From Bdellovibrionota bacterium (lineage in GTDB: Bacteria > Bdellovibrionota > UBA1018), in contig DATDSK010000183.1 in NCBI GenBank assembly GCA_035291325.1, positions 1-45,574 of the forward strand: a stretch of 45,574 nucleotides of DNA. The letters are read 5' to 3'. Shown piece after piece: positions 23,439 to 33,124 of this stretch (its first letter is position 1; each line of letters begins with the position of its first letter). Position numbers and translations under genes: made by a program. The notes below the pieces were generated by a model, which was not told the DNA's origin, ran no database searches, and saw only the letters and a program-made list of their open reading frames with translations.

Positions 23439-25529
23439 ATGTCCGCCACCGGACTAAAGGACGGCAAACGTAAACTTGCCGCCATCATGTTCACCGATAT
23501 CGTTCGGTACAGTGCGCTCAGCCACACGAACGAGGCACTCGCGCTCGAATTGCTGGAGGAGCATCGCGCGATCGCGAGGCGCATTTTCGCCGAGTTTCGG
23601 GGAAAAGAAGTCAAGACGATCGGTGATGCGTTTCTCGTCACCTTCGAAAGCGCCCTGGATGCCGTTGAATGTGCGACTCATCTTCAGATCGCTCATCGGG
23701 AAAGAAATCGCGGTGTCGCTTCGGCGCGCGCCATGAAGCTCCGGATAGGGATTCATCTCGGCGATGTGGTTGCATCCGAGGGGGATGTTTACGGCGATGG
23801 CGTGAATATCGCGGCCAGATTGCAATACCTGGCGAAACCCGGCGCGATTTGCGTGAGCGGTTCGGTATTCTACCAGATTGAGAGCAAGGTGAAGTATCCC
23901 GTCAGTCAGCTTGGAACCCGAAAGCTCAAGAATATTTCCAAGGCGATTGCGGTTTATGCCCTTCAGATCGACTGCGAGCCGGAACCGCTTCGGAGCGGGA
24001 GCTTTCTCAATCCGTTCCGGCTTCTGAAACGCTCGAGGATTGTGCGATGGTCCGCGGCGGCTTTCGTCGCGTTTGTGGCCGCGGGGCTCGGCTGGTACTT
24101 CGTCGAGAATGGCGGGATTCAGAGCCGTCCGGACACGGCGATTCGTGAAACGCTTCGTGTCGCGGTTCTGCCGTTTGAGAACATCAGCCTGACCCATGAT
24201 GATGAATATTTGTCCGAAGGCATGACCGAAGAACTCATCTCGAATCTTTCGAGATTGCGGCAGCTCCGGGTCCTGGCGCGGGCCTCGGTGGTGCAGTACA
24301 AGGCAGCTTCGAAATCGGCTGATCAGATCGGAAAAGAGCTGAAAGTTTCGGCCCTGATCCAGGGCAGCGTCAGGAAAATGGGTGACCTTTTGAGGATTAC
24401 CGTTCAGTTCGTCGACGTCGCGAGCCAGGAGGCGAGGTGGTCCCGCGAGTATAACGGGAGAGTTGATGACATTTTCGAATTGCAGTCCAAAATAGCGGAC
24501 GAGATCGTCGCGCACTTTCGCGGCCGCAGTCTTGCCAGTGCGCTGGTCGAGGATCCGGCGCGGGATTCTTTCGTCCCGGATGCCGAGGCATATAATGAAT
24601 ATTTGAAGGGCCGCTATTATCTCAACCGGAGAACAGAGGAGAGTCTTCTTCAGGGGATCGGCGAGCTGAAGAAATCCATTCAGCGTGAGCCCCGCTTCGC
24701 TCCGGCTTACGCCGCCCTGGCGAACGCGGCAGGACTTCAGTCATATTATGGATTGGTCCGGCCTAGGGAAGCCATGAAGCAGGTGTCGAAATTCTCGGAA
24801 AAAAGCTTGTCCATGGACCCGCAATCGGTCGACGCGCTGGTTTCTCTCGCTGAAGCCGAAGCGTACTTTCACTTCAACGCGAAAAAGGCGGAGGAGCTTT
24901 TCCAGCGGGCCATTGAGATGAATCCGATGCATCCTATCGCCCACAGCTGGTATGCTGAATTTCTTGCCAGCCGGGGACGGTTTCCGGAAGCGATTACCGA
25001 GATCAACCAGGCGCTGGCACTGGATCCGCTGTCATTGATCATCAAAACCGCGGCGGCGAACGTGAACTATTTCGCATCACGCCTCGAAGACTGCGTCGCG
25101 CACGGCCGGACCGCGATGGAGATGGACCCGTCATTTATGCTGCCGTATTTCTGGCTCGGAATGGCGCGGGTCCAGACTTCCAAGTTCGGCGAAGGGCTCC
25201 GCCTTCTGGAAAAGGCAAACCACCTTTCTGGCGAGACACCGATGATGAAGGCGGCCCTGGCCTACGGCTACGCGAAGGCCGGTAAACTCGATGAGGCGGA
25301 GAAGATCCTGCGGGAACTCGGTGAAATGAGTGCGCGTCGTTATGTCTCGGCATACCACCTGGCATCTGTTTACGTGGCGCTCGGGCGAAAGGAAAAGGCG
25401 ATGCTTTTTCTGAATAAGGCCTTTGAGGAGCGCTCCAGCCATATTTCGCTGGTGAAGGTGGACCCGTCATTCAAAGAGCTGCGCGGCGATTCCGATTTCG
25501 ATCTCTTTGTCCGCAAGCTGCCGTTCTGA
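23439..25529 (+). CDS. Class III adenylate/guanylate cyclase fused to a TM segment, a TolB-N-like domain and TPR repeats
   Basis: Cyclase motifs AAIMFTDIVRYS, KTIGDAFLV, RIGIHLGDV and GDGVNIAARL. TM segment WSAAAFVAFVAAGLGWYFV. LRVAVLPFENIS...EELISNLSRL, then TPR-like helical repeats. Start at the ATG at 23439 or 23412. Confidence 0.85.
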   Translation: MSATGLKDGKRKLAAIMFTDIVRYSALSHTNEALALELLEEHRAIARRIFAEFRGKEVKTIGDAFLVTFESALDAVECATHLQIAHRERNRGVASARAMKLRIGIHLGDVVASEGDVYGDGVNIAARLQYLAKPGAICVSGSVFYQIESKVKYPVSQLGTRKLKNISKAIAVYALQIDCEPEPLRSGSFLNPFRLLKRSRIVRWSAAAFVAFVAAGLGWYFVENGGIQSRPDTAIRETLRVAVLPFENISLTHDDEYLSEGMTEELISNLSRLRQLRVLARASVVQYKAASKSADQIGKELKVSALIQGSVRKMGDLLRITVQFVDVASQEARWSREYNGRVDDIFELQSKIADEIVAHFRGRSLASALVEDPARDSFVPDAEAYNEYLKGRYYLNRRTEESLLQGIGELKKSIQREPRFAPAYAALANAAGLQSYYGLVRPREAMKQVSKFSEKSLSMDPQSVDALVSLAEAEAYFHFNAKKAEELFQRAIEMNPMHPIAHSWYAEFLASRGRFPEAITEINQALALDPLSLIIKTAAANVNYFASRLEDCVAHGRTAMEMDPSFMLPYFWLGMARVQTSKFGEGLRLLEKANHLSGETPMMKAALAYGYAKAGKLDEAEKILRELGEMSARRYVSAYHLASVYVALGRKEKAMLFLNKAFEERSSHISLVKVDPSFKELRGDSDFDLFVRKLPF

Positions 25530-25543
25530 TCGCGTCCGCACGA

Positions 25544-26413
25544 TCAACTCGCGACGATTTCGCCGCCATTCGGATGAAGGATCTGTCCTGACATGAAGGA
25601 AGCATCTTCTGACGCAAGAAAGACGTAGCTCGGTCCCACTTCGCTCGGTTGGCCCGGACGGCACATCGGGTAGTTCTCACCGAACTTTCCGACGTGGTCG
25701 GAGGTGAAGGTGGAAGGAATCAGGGGCGTCCAGATCGGTCCGGGCGCGACACCGTTCACCCGGATCTTCCTGTCCGTGAGCGCTTCGGAAAGGGAGCGGG
25801 TGAAAGCCACGATCGCCCCTTTGGTTGCCGAGTAGTCAAGAAGATGGGCGCTGCCCTTGTAGGCGGTGACGGATGTCGTGTTTATAATCGTGGCACCCTC
25901 CTTAAGATGCCGAAGGGCGGCTTTCGCGAGATAGAAGTAGGCAAAGAAATTGGTTTTGAAAGTTCGTTCGAGTTGTTCGGAAGAGATGTTTTCGAGTCCC
26001 TTGGACGGGTGTTGCTCGGCCGCATTATTCACAAGAATGTCCAGGTGGCCGAAGATTCTGACGGTCTCCTCCACGAGTTTCCGGCAGAATGTTTCGTCGC
26101 CTACATCTCCGGCAAGGGTCTCGCACCGCGTATTCTCAAGCTCGACGAGGCGTTTCGTTTCAAGCGCGTCGCTATGTTCATTCAGGTACGCGATCATGAC
26201 GTCGGCGCCCTCTCTCGCGTAATGAACCGCGACGGAGCGGCCGATGCCACTGTCTCCGCCCGTGATGAGGGCGACCTTGCCCGCAAGTTTTGCGCTTCCA
26301 CGATAGTCGGCGCGGATATACTCGGGGCGGGGCGACATTTCCGACTCTATGCCCGGCTCGTGATCCTGTTGCTGGGGTACCGGTTTAGGGTAACGTTTCG
26401 TTCCTGGTGTCAT
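25544..26413 (-). CDS. SDR-family oxidoreductase (YghA/YhxC general-stress-type)
   Basis: TGGDSGIG cofactor motif, NNAA, and YSATKGA (YxxxK). The N-terminal extension of ~40 aa is typical of this subgroup. Confidence 0.88.
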   Translation of the reverse strand: MTPGTKRYPKPVPQQQDHEPGIESEMSPRPEYIRADYRGSAKLAGKVALITGGDSGIGRSVAVHYAREGADVMIAYLNEHSDALETKRLVELENTRCETLAGDVGDETFCRKLVEETVRIFGHLDILVNNAAEQHPSKGLENISSEQLERTFKTNFFAYFYLAKAALRHLKEGATIINTTSVTAYKGSAHLLDYSATKGAIVAFTRSLSEALTDRKIRVNGVAPGPIWTPLIPSTFTSDHVGKFGENYPMCRPGQPSEVGPSYVFLASEDASFMSGQILHPNGGEIVAS

Positions 26414-26422
26414 GGGGAAACC

Positions 26423-28180
26423 TCAAATCAGCTGGCGAACCCTGTCGGCGAGAATCGTCATGGCGATCTTTTCGCGATTGGGTTGGCCGCGGGCGAGTGA
26501 TTCGGCGAACTTGAGCGCCTGATCGGGTTTGAGCTTCGCGGGCATCGGCGGTTCGTGCGGGTCGACCTCGGCTTCGATGAGCACGGGGCCGGGCGTCTCG
26601 AGTGCGCGGCTGATTGTTTCGCCACAAAGAGCGGGGTCGTCGATTTTGAAGCCGGTCCCTCCGCACGCCTTCGCGAAGCCGGAAAAATCCATCGGCTGAA
26701 GATCGCAGCCGTATTCCGGATTACCGAGAAAAACCATCTGTTCCCATTTGATCTGGCCCAGTGTGTTGTTTTTGAGTACGACCAGTTTGACGTTCAGCTT
26801 ATGTTTTACGCAGGTCAGGAATTCCGCCATCATCATTGAAAAGCCACCATCGCCGACAAAGGCGACGATTTGACGGCCCGGATGCGCCAGGGCGGCGCCG
26901 ATCGCGTACGGGAGGCCACAACCCATTGTCGCCAGGTTGCCTGAGAGTGAGTGCATCTGCCCGCGCCGGACCGGGATCTGTCGCGCAAACCAGGTTGCGA
27001 CGGTTCCGGAGTCGCACGAGATGATCGCGTCGGGCGAGAGGCGCTGGCCGAGTTCCCAGGCGACCACCTGTGGTTTCATCGGGATGGATTTCACGCTTCC
27101 ACGTTCCTTCATCAGTTGCCACCATTTCGCGGTCTTCGCCTGCGCGTCTTGAAGGAATGCGCGATGATCATTTCGCCGCAAAAGCGGGAGCAGATTTTGG
27201 AGGCTCTGCTGAGAGTCACCGACAAGACCCACATCCACGGGATAACGTAAGCCGATCCGTTGAGGATCCGAATCGATTTGCACGGCTTGGCACTGACCGG
27301 GTTTCGGCAGGAATTCGATATATGGAAAGGAACTTCCGACGATGAGCAGGGTATCGCATTGTTCCATCGCTTCCTGTGATGGTCGAGTGCCGAGCAATCC
27401 TATTCCTCCGGTCGTATAAATGCTGTCGTCGGGAACAACCGCCTTTCCGAGTAACGCCTTGATGATGGGCGCGCCAAGGAGTTCCGCGATTTGGATCAGC
27501 TCATCGGTCGCGCCGAAGGCACCTCGTCCGGCGAGAATGGCGATTTTCCTGCCGTGATTCAGGATTTTCGCGGCCCGCGACACATCTTCAGTGGCCGGCG
27601 CTCGCGAGGCTTGGGTCATGACTTGGGAGACGTGATGAGGAACGTTGCGCTTTGAAGATTCTTTGCGCGAGACCTCCTTGTCCTGAAAGTCGATCGGTAT
27701 CGTGATGTGCGCAACTCCGCGTCGGGTCAAAGCCGAACGGCACGCGAGTTCCGTGACGTTTTCGACGTGCTCGGGTCCCATGACACGGGCATTGTATAGG
27801 CAGACGTCTTCGAAAAGTTTATCGAGTTCGACATCTTGCTGGGCAAAGGTCGAAAGAAGATCGTGAAAATGCATCCCCGTAATGGCCAGAACGGGAGCGC
27901 CGTCGAATTTTGCGTCATAGAGTCCGTTTAAAAGGTGAATGCCGCCGGGACCGCTCGTCGCGAGACAAACGCCTAGCTTGCCGCTGTACTTCGCATACCC
28001 GCATGCGGCGAGCGCCGCGGCTTCCTCGTGCCGTACCTGAATGAAGCGGATATGTTCCTGCTTTTTACGCAAGGCCTCCATGATGCCGTTGATGCCATCA
28101 CCTGGCATGCCGAAGATCACCTCTACGCCCCAGTTCATCAGGACATCCAGCATGATATCTGATGCTGTCATCGTGGCCAT
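26423..28180 (-). CDS. Thiamine-pyrophosphate enzyme, pyruvate oxidase/pyruvate:quinone dehydrogenase (PoxB-like)
   Basis: N-terminal GMPGDGINGI...VRHEEAAALAACGYAK...CLATSGPGGIHLLNGLYDA. TPP motif GDGGFSMMM...LKNN. 585 aa. Starts 9 nt upstream of the SDR gene. Confidence 0.88.
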   Translation of the reverse strand: MATMTASDIMLDVLMNWGVEVIFGMPGDGINGIMEALRKKQEHIRFIQVRHEEAAALAACGYAKYSGKLGVCLATSGPGGIHLLNGLYDAKFDGAPVLAITGMHFHDLLSTFAQQDVELDKLFEDVCLYNARVMGPEHVENVTELACRSALTRRGVAHITIPIDFQDKEVSRKESSKRNVPHHVSQVMTQASRAPATEDVSRAAKILNHGRKIAILAGRGAFGATDELIQIAELLGAPIIKALLGKAVVPDDSIYTTGGIGLLGTRPSQEAMEQCDTLLIVGSSFPYIEFLPKPGQCQAVQIDSDPQRIGLRYPVDVGLVGDSQQSLQNLLPLLRRNDHRAFLQDAQAKTAKWWQLMKERGSVKSIPMKPQVVAWELGQRLSPDAIISCDSGTVATWFARQIPVRRGQMHSLSGNLATMGCGLPYAIGAALAHPGRQIVAFVGDGGFSMMMAEFLTCVKHKLNVKLVVLKNNTLGQIKWEQMVFLGNPEYGCDLQPMDFSGFAKACGGTGFKIDDPALCGETISRALETPGPVLIEAEVDPHEPPMPAKLKPDQALKFAESLARGQPNREKIAMTILADRVRQLI

Positions 28181-28204
28181 TGTTGATCCTTTCGAATTAG
28201 CCGG

Positions 28205-28429
28205 CTACGCGGCAAGATCCCGCTCGATTTCTGAAACTTCACGGGAATGTCGGAAACCGATCCAAATGATACCCGCGATCAAGGCGACTCCAGCTAACGC
28301 GAGACCTTGTTTGAAATGGATTGTCGCAGCCGGTTTTACTTTTTCACCGCGTTCAATTCGGGCCAGGGCGAGATTCTGGCTGAAGCTTTCGGCAACGTCG
28401 TATTTTCGGGGATTTTCGTTTCCAAGCAT
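28205..28429 (-). CDS. Small hypothetical C-terminally anchored membrane protein
   Basis: The ORF sits 24 nt upstream of the PoxB-like gene on the same strand, with one hydrophobic segment LALAGVALIAGIIWIGF. The ATG at 28429 is chosen so that it does not overlap the divergent enolase-family gene. The SD is weak and I recognise no family. Confidence 0.3.
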   Translation of the reverse strand: MLGNENPRKYDVAESFSQNLALARIERGEKVKPAATIHFKQGLALAGVALIAGIIWIGFRHSREVSEIERDLAA

Positions 28430-28535
28430 GGTTTTCACTCGTTTCCGAAGTTCTATATGCAAAGGGCGTCCCGGAAGCAGCGCGGGATAACGGTGAGCGT
28501 GGGCTTTGCAGCAATCTGGAGCTGAGGGTGATTCC

Positions 28536-29654
28536 ATGACTGTGACCACGATCAGCCGAGGTCCCGCGATTTCAGGATTTCGTACCAGTTTTTATGAAAT
28601 TCCAACCGTTACGCATCTGGAGGCCGACGCAACCCTGAGTTGGACCAAAACGATGTTCGTGGTTGTCGAGGCAGAATCGGCTGGGAAAATGGGATTGGGC
28701 TACGCCTACGCGACGCGTGCTGCCGCCGAACTGATTCACGCAACGCTCGCGAAGCAAGTGATCGGCGCGCCCGTATTCGATATTCCCGCAATCCGGCAAA
28801 AGCTCATCCGGGTAATTCGTGACCATGGCCGATCCGGGATAGCGGCAACGGCTATCTCCATGATCGATTCGGCGCTCTGGGATCTGAAAGCGAGGATTCT
28901 CGACCTGCCGCTGGCATCTGTTCTGGGGCAGGTCAGAAGCGGAGTTCCGGTATACGGGAGCGGCGGCTTCACATCATTCAGTCTGGATGAACTTGAACGT
29001 CATTTTGAAGGATGGATCGCGATGGGTCTGACCCGCGTGAAGATGAAAGTCGGGGGCGATCCTGAGGGCGGCGCTGATCTTGAACGCGTTCGGCTCGTTC
29101 GGAACGCAATCGGCATCGGTCCGGAGCTCTTCGTTGACGCGGATGGGGTGTACCGGCCGAAGCGGGCGATGGAAATGGCCGAGAGGTTCTCGGATTTTGG
29201 TGTTTCGTGGTTTGAAGAACCCGTATCGTCAGAGGATCTGACGGGACTTCGAGCGCTACGTGAGCGTGCTCCATTCGGGATCGAAATCGCGGCCGGAGAG
29301 TACGGCTACGATCATGGCTATTTCTTGAGAATGCTGCAAAGCGGGAGTGTCGATGTCCTGCAGGCGGACGCCACACGGTGCGGAGGATTTTCGGGTTTTC
29401 TAGAAATAGGCGCGTTATGTGAGGCTTTCGGAGTTCCCCTTTCCGCCAATGGCGCACCCTCACTTCATCTGCACGTCTGCGCTGCGGTGAATCGCGTTCG
29501 CAATCTGGAATACTCTTATGACCATGTCGGAATTGAAAAAATGCTGTTCGATGGTTTTATCGAACCGCAGGACGGCCTTCTTTATCCGGACCTCAGCCGG
29601 CCGGGTTTGGGGATCGAACTCAAGAAGAGCGACGCGTTGAGATTCGCGGCTTGA
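28536..29654 (+). CDS. Enolase-superfamily enzyme (mandelate racemase/muconate-lactonizing family)
   Basis: KxK motif in RVKMKVGGD. Metal-ligand contexts VDADGVY, WFEEP and IAAGE. About 370 aa. The ATG at 28536 is preferred over the TTG at 28506. Confidence 0.85.
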   Translation: MTVTTISRGPAISGFRTSFYEIPTVTHLEADATLSWTKTMFVVVEAESAGKMGLGYAYATRAAAELIHATLAKQVIGAPVFDIPAIRQKLIRVIRDHGRSGIAATAISMIDSALWDLKARILDLPLASVLGQVRSGVPVYGSGGFTSFSLDELERHFEGWIAMGLTRVKMKVGGDPEGGADLERVRLVRNAIGIGPELFVDADGVYRPKRAMEMAERFSDFGVSWFEEPVSSEDLTGLRALRERAPFGIEIAAGEYGYDHGYFLRMLQSGSVDVLQADATRCGGFSGFLEIGALCEAFGVPLSANGAPSLHLHVCAAVNRVRNLEYSYDHVGIEKMLFDGFIEPQDGLLYPDLSRPGLGIELKKSDALRFAA

Positions 29655-29752
29655 GGCGTTCGCGGCATTTCGGTTGCAGAGATCCGAAGGGAATAGCTTA
29701 GCATGATCCAGCGCGAACTACTGGCGAATGGACGCCAATGGAGGAAATTTCG

Positions 29753-30349
29753 ATGAATAGGACTATCTTCGCAGCGTTGATCGCGGTCAGTTTGGGAACC
29801 GCGCTGCCTGTCCAGGCACAAAGCAAGGCAGCAGGCGGCGGCACGAGTTACCTGGCCGGACACCTCGGCGCGGGGTTCCCGAACAACGGGCAGGGGACGA
29901 ACTTCATGTTCGGCGGCGCTTTCGGGTTTTTCTGGACGAGTGAGTATAGCGGTGCCGTGTTTATCGACCACATGAATGTCGGCTCGATCAGCTCGTCTCT
30001 TTTGACGCTGAATCAGAGCAGCCAGGGCATTACGTTGTTCGGCGTCGAAGCAAATCGCGAGTTGAGCGATCTTGTCGAGGGACTCCAGGTCGGAATCAAA
30101 GTCGGGTTGACTTCCACTTCAGTCTCGGCGACTGCCCCCGGCATTTTCAGCGACAGCAAGAGTAACATGAATTTCTTCATTGGGCCGAAGGTCGCGTACG
30201 ACTATCCGGTCGTCGGGAACTTGAGAGTTGGCGGTGAAGGTAACTTTCTGTTCAAGTCAACCAGCGATGAACCGATCACGGGCTTCGCGACCGTCAACGG
30301 AACCGGTACCATGTTCAATCTTCTTGGAGTCGTGAAGTATCTCTTTTGA
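29753..30349 (+). CDS. Small outer-membrane beta-barrel protein
   Basis: GGAGGA 6-7 nt upstream of the ATG at 29753. Signal peptide MNRTIFAALIAVSLGTALPVQA-Q. Alternating Gly/aromatic strands. C-terminal ...VVKYLF, an OMP-type terminal Phe. Confidence 0.65.
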   Translation: MNRTIFAALIAVSLGTALPVQAQSKAAGGGTSYLAGHLGAGFPNNGQGTNFMFGGAFGFFWTSEYSGAVFIDHMNVGSISSSLLTLNQSSQGITLFGVEANRELSDLVEGLQVGIKVGLTSTSVSATAPGIFSDSKSNMNFFIGPKVAYDYPVVGNLRVGGEGNFLFKSTSDEPITGFATVNGTGTMFNLLGVVKYLF

Positions 30350-30356
30350 AGGGCTC

Positions 30357-32123
30357 ATGCATTATCGCGCGTTTGTCACGGATTTCGACGGCACGATAGC
30401 GAGCTACGGGAACGTTGACAGGGAAACCATCCTTGCGCTGTATCGTTTGCGCCAGTCGGGTCGCCGCGTGATTTTGGCCACCGGCCGATTTCTGGATAAT
30501 CTCTTGAGCGTGTGCCCCGAATTCGGTGTCTTTGATTATATCCTCGCCGAGGACGGGGCGGTTCTTTACAGGCCTTCGGACGGCGAGACCACGATCCTAT
30601 CTGACCCGTTACCGAAACGCCTGATGGATGCGCTTCGTGAAGCGAAAGTAGAGCCCTTATATGAGGGCAGTGTCATTTGTTCCACGGTCGCGAGCGAAAA
30701 GACGAAGATACTCGAAGCTATTCAGAAAGTCGGGTTGGAAGTTCAGATTGTTTTTAACGGCGGCTCGCTGATGGTCGTTCCGGTCGGGGTGAATAAGGCT
30801 TCGGGGCTCGACTATGTGCTTCGCAAGCTGGGCCTCTCATTTCATGAGGTGGTGGGGGTGGGGGATGCCGAAAATGACTACTCGTTTCTTCAGCACTGCG
30901 AGTGTCCGGTCGCGGTCCAGAATGCCATCGAGTCGATCAAGGATATCGCGGTTCTGGTCACGAACGCGCCTGCTGGAGCGGGAGTTCAGGAGGTGGTCGC
31001 CGGCTTGATCAAGGACGACCTGAGCGGGATAGGCAAGTCACTGACTCGAAACTCGATCGTGATTGGCACCCTGCATGACGGGTCGCCCTTTGGAATGCCC
31101 GTTTATGGAGAAAACGTTCTGGTGGTCGGACCTCCCGGCGCGGGCAAATCGGATTTCGCCAGCGGCTTCATCGAGCGCTTGATCCGCAAGGACTACCAGG
31201 TCTGCGTTATCGACCCTGAAGGTGACTACGTGAGCGTACGTGAATTGATCACCCTGGGAAGCACGCGCCATACTCCACGCGTTTCTGAGGTGGTAGGCCT
31301 GCTCCAGGATCCTGAGATCAACGGAAACGTAAACTTACTCGGAATCCCGATGTCCGATCGGCCCGAATACTTTTCTCAGCTCTTTCTCGCGATTCAGGGA
31401 CTTCGGACGAGAACCGGCCGGCCCCACTGGATCATCATGGATGAAGCCCATCACCTCGTGCCCGCCGCGTTCAGGGGAAATGAACTCGCGTTGCCCCGAA
31501 GGTTTTCAGAAACGATGCTACTCACCGTGAACCCGGACCAGTTGTCGAGTGCCATTCTTAAGATGATGGATACCGTGGTCGCGGTGGGCGCTTCGCCTGA
31601 GAACTCCGTGGCAAGATTCGCCTCGGCTGTTCACAAACAGCCACCGAAATCAATCGAGGGCGGAAGCCGCGAGAGCAGCGGAAGTAAAACGATGCGCAGT
31701 ATCAGGTCGAATGAGATCGTAGTCTGGCCCGTTCGAAGCGGAAGTCCCGCTATTCGAATGAAGGTCATTCCCGGCCGGTTGGAACGGCTGCGGCACCTCC
31801 GAAAATACGCCGAGGGAGATCTTGGCTCACACAGTTTCTATTTTCGCGGTCCACAGGGAAAGCAGAATTTAAAAGCTCAGAACGTCCTCGTTTTCGCGCA
31901 AATAGCCGAAGGCATCGATGAAGAAACCTGGCTTTTCCACCTCAGGCGGGGTGATTACTCGCGATGGCTCAAGGAACACGTCAAGGATGAGGAGATCGCG
32001 AAGCAAATGGAAAAGATCGAGCAGGAACCCGAGTTTAGCTCGGAAGAAAGCCGGCAGCGCGCTTCCCGGCTGATTCGCTCGCGCTTCACGGCTCCCGAAG
32101 ATCGCGGAATTCTCGCCTACTGA
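30357..32123 (+). CDS. Fusion protein: N-terminal HAD-IIB (Cof-type) phosphatase domain plus C-terminal HerA/DUF87-like P-loop ATPase domain
   Basis: HAD motif I VTDFDGTIA at residues 7-15 and motif IV GVGDAENDYSFL. Walker A VVGPPGAGKSDF and Walker B HWIIMDEAHHLVP. Starts 7 nt after the OMP gene. Confidence 0.75.
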   Translation: MHYRAFVTDFDGTIASYGNVDRETILALYRLRQSGRRVILATGRFLDNLLSVCPEFGVFDYILAEDGAVLYRPSDGETTILSDPLPKRLMDALREAKVEPLYEGSVICSTVASEKTKILEAIQKVGLEVQIVFNGGSLMVVPVGVNKASGLDYVLRKLGLSFHEVVGVGDAENDYSFLQHCECPVAVQNAIESIKDIAVLVTNAPAGAGVQEVVAGLIKDDLSGIGKSLTRNSIVIGTLHDGSPFGMPVYGENVLVVGPPGAGKSDFASGFIERLIRKDYQVCVIDPEGDYVSVRELITLGSTRHTPRVSEVVGLLQDPEINGNVNLLGIPMSDRPEYFSQLFLAIQGLRTRTGRPHWIIMDEAHHLVPAAFRGNELALPRRFSETMLLTVNPDQLSSAILKMMDTVVAVGASPENSVARFASAVHKQPPKSIEGGSRESSGSKTMRSIRSNEIVVWPVRSGSPAIRMKVIPGRLERLRHLRKYAEGDLGSHSFYFRGPQGKQNLKAQNVLVFAQIAEGIDEETWLFHLRRGDYSRWLKEHVKDEEIAKQMEKIEQEPEFSSEESRQRASRLIRSRFTAPEDRGILAY

Positions 32124-33124
32124 GTGGCGTAAATCGCATCCAGTGCTTCGGCAACGCGGACGAATTGCTCGGATTCCTCGTTAAAGCGCGGGCCTAACGA
32201 GAGTTGTCGTGCCCAGTCCACGGCGGCCCGCCCTCCCCAGTCATCGGGTGGGCGGACAAGGACCTCGCGTTTCGTTCCTTGATAACGTTCCGCGACGAAA
32301 TCATAAAACGAGCCGTTCACGTTTCTGAGCGCGAGGCCGCCTTTGGTACCGTAAAACGTCGCGCTGATCACCGCATCACATCCGGCCGGAAGGTTCCAGG
32401 AGCAGGATATTTGAATCGAAGCGCCGCTTTCGAGCTCAAGAGTCGCCGTGGCATAGTCCTCAACTTTTCCGTGAGTGTGCCGCAGGGGACGACCTCCTGA
32501 ATAGAGTTGACTCGCGATTCGGGTGAAATTCGGGAATCCCAGGTTCCAGAGCGCGAGGTCGAGCAGGTGCACGCCGAGATCGATGAGACAACCGCCACCT
32601 GAGAGTTCCGGTTGATAGAACCAGCTTTTGTCGGGCCCATAGGCATTGTGGAATACGAGGTCCGCCATGAATACTTCGCCGATTTCGTTGTTTTTGAGGC
32701 GTTCGCGGAGCGCGGTCATCGCTTCGGTGAATCGATAGGATAAATCGACGCCCAGGAGCCGATCGGATTTCCGGGCGGCATTCACCACGGCGCGTACTTC
32801 GTTTCGCCTTCGTCCGAGCGGTTTTTGGCAGAACACCGATATTCCGGATTCGAGAGCGCGAATCGCCTGTTCAGAATGAAGGGCACTGGGCGTTGCGATC
32901 ACGATTCCATCGAGTCCCGAGTTGAGTAATTGTTCGAAGCTGCGTGCTTCTTTCGCGCCTGGAATGCCCTTCACGGCCTCGGTCATTCGCTCGGGAGAAG
33001 GATCGTGAATCAGGGATACTTCGCCGATGCCGCTCGAATGGATCGCCTGCATCCGATGACGCCCGATCCAGCCCACCCCGAGAAACCCCAGTTTCGGCCG
33101 ACGCGGAAATTCGGTTTCTTTCAT
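32117..33124 (-). CDS. Gfo/Idh/MocA-family NAD(P)-dependent oxidoreductase
   Basis: N-terminal Rossmann LGFLGVGWIGRHR, then IATPSALH and EKPL-like CQKPL. 335 aa. The start overlaps the upstream ADH stop by 4 nt. Confidence 0.85.
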   Translation of the reverse strand: MKETEFPRRPKLGFLGVGWIGRHRMQAIHSSGIGEVSLIHDPSPERMTEAVKGIPGAKEARSFEQLLNSGLDGIVIATPSALHSEQAIRALESGISVFCQKPLGRRRNEVRAVVNAARKSDRLLGVDLSYRFTEAMTALRERLKNNEIGEVFMADLVFHNAYGPDKSWFYQPELSGGGCLIDLGVHLLDLALWNLGFPNFTRIASQLYSGGRPLRHTHGKVEDYATATLELESGASIQISCSWNLPAGCDAVISATFYGTKGGLALRNVNGSFYDFVAERYQGTKREVLVRPPDDWGGRAAVDWARQLSLGPRFNEESEQFVRVAEALDAIYATQ

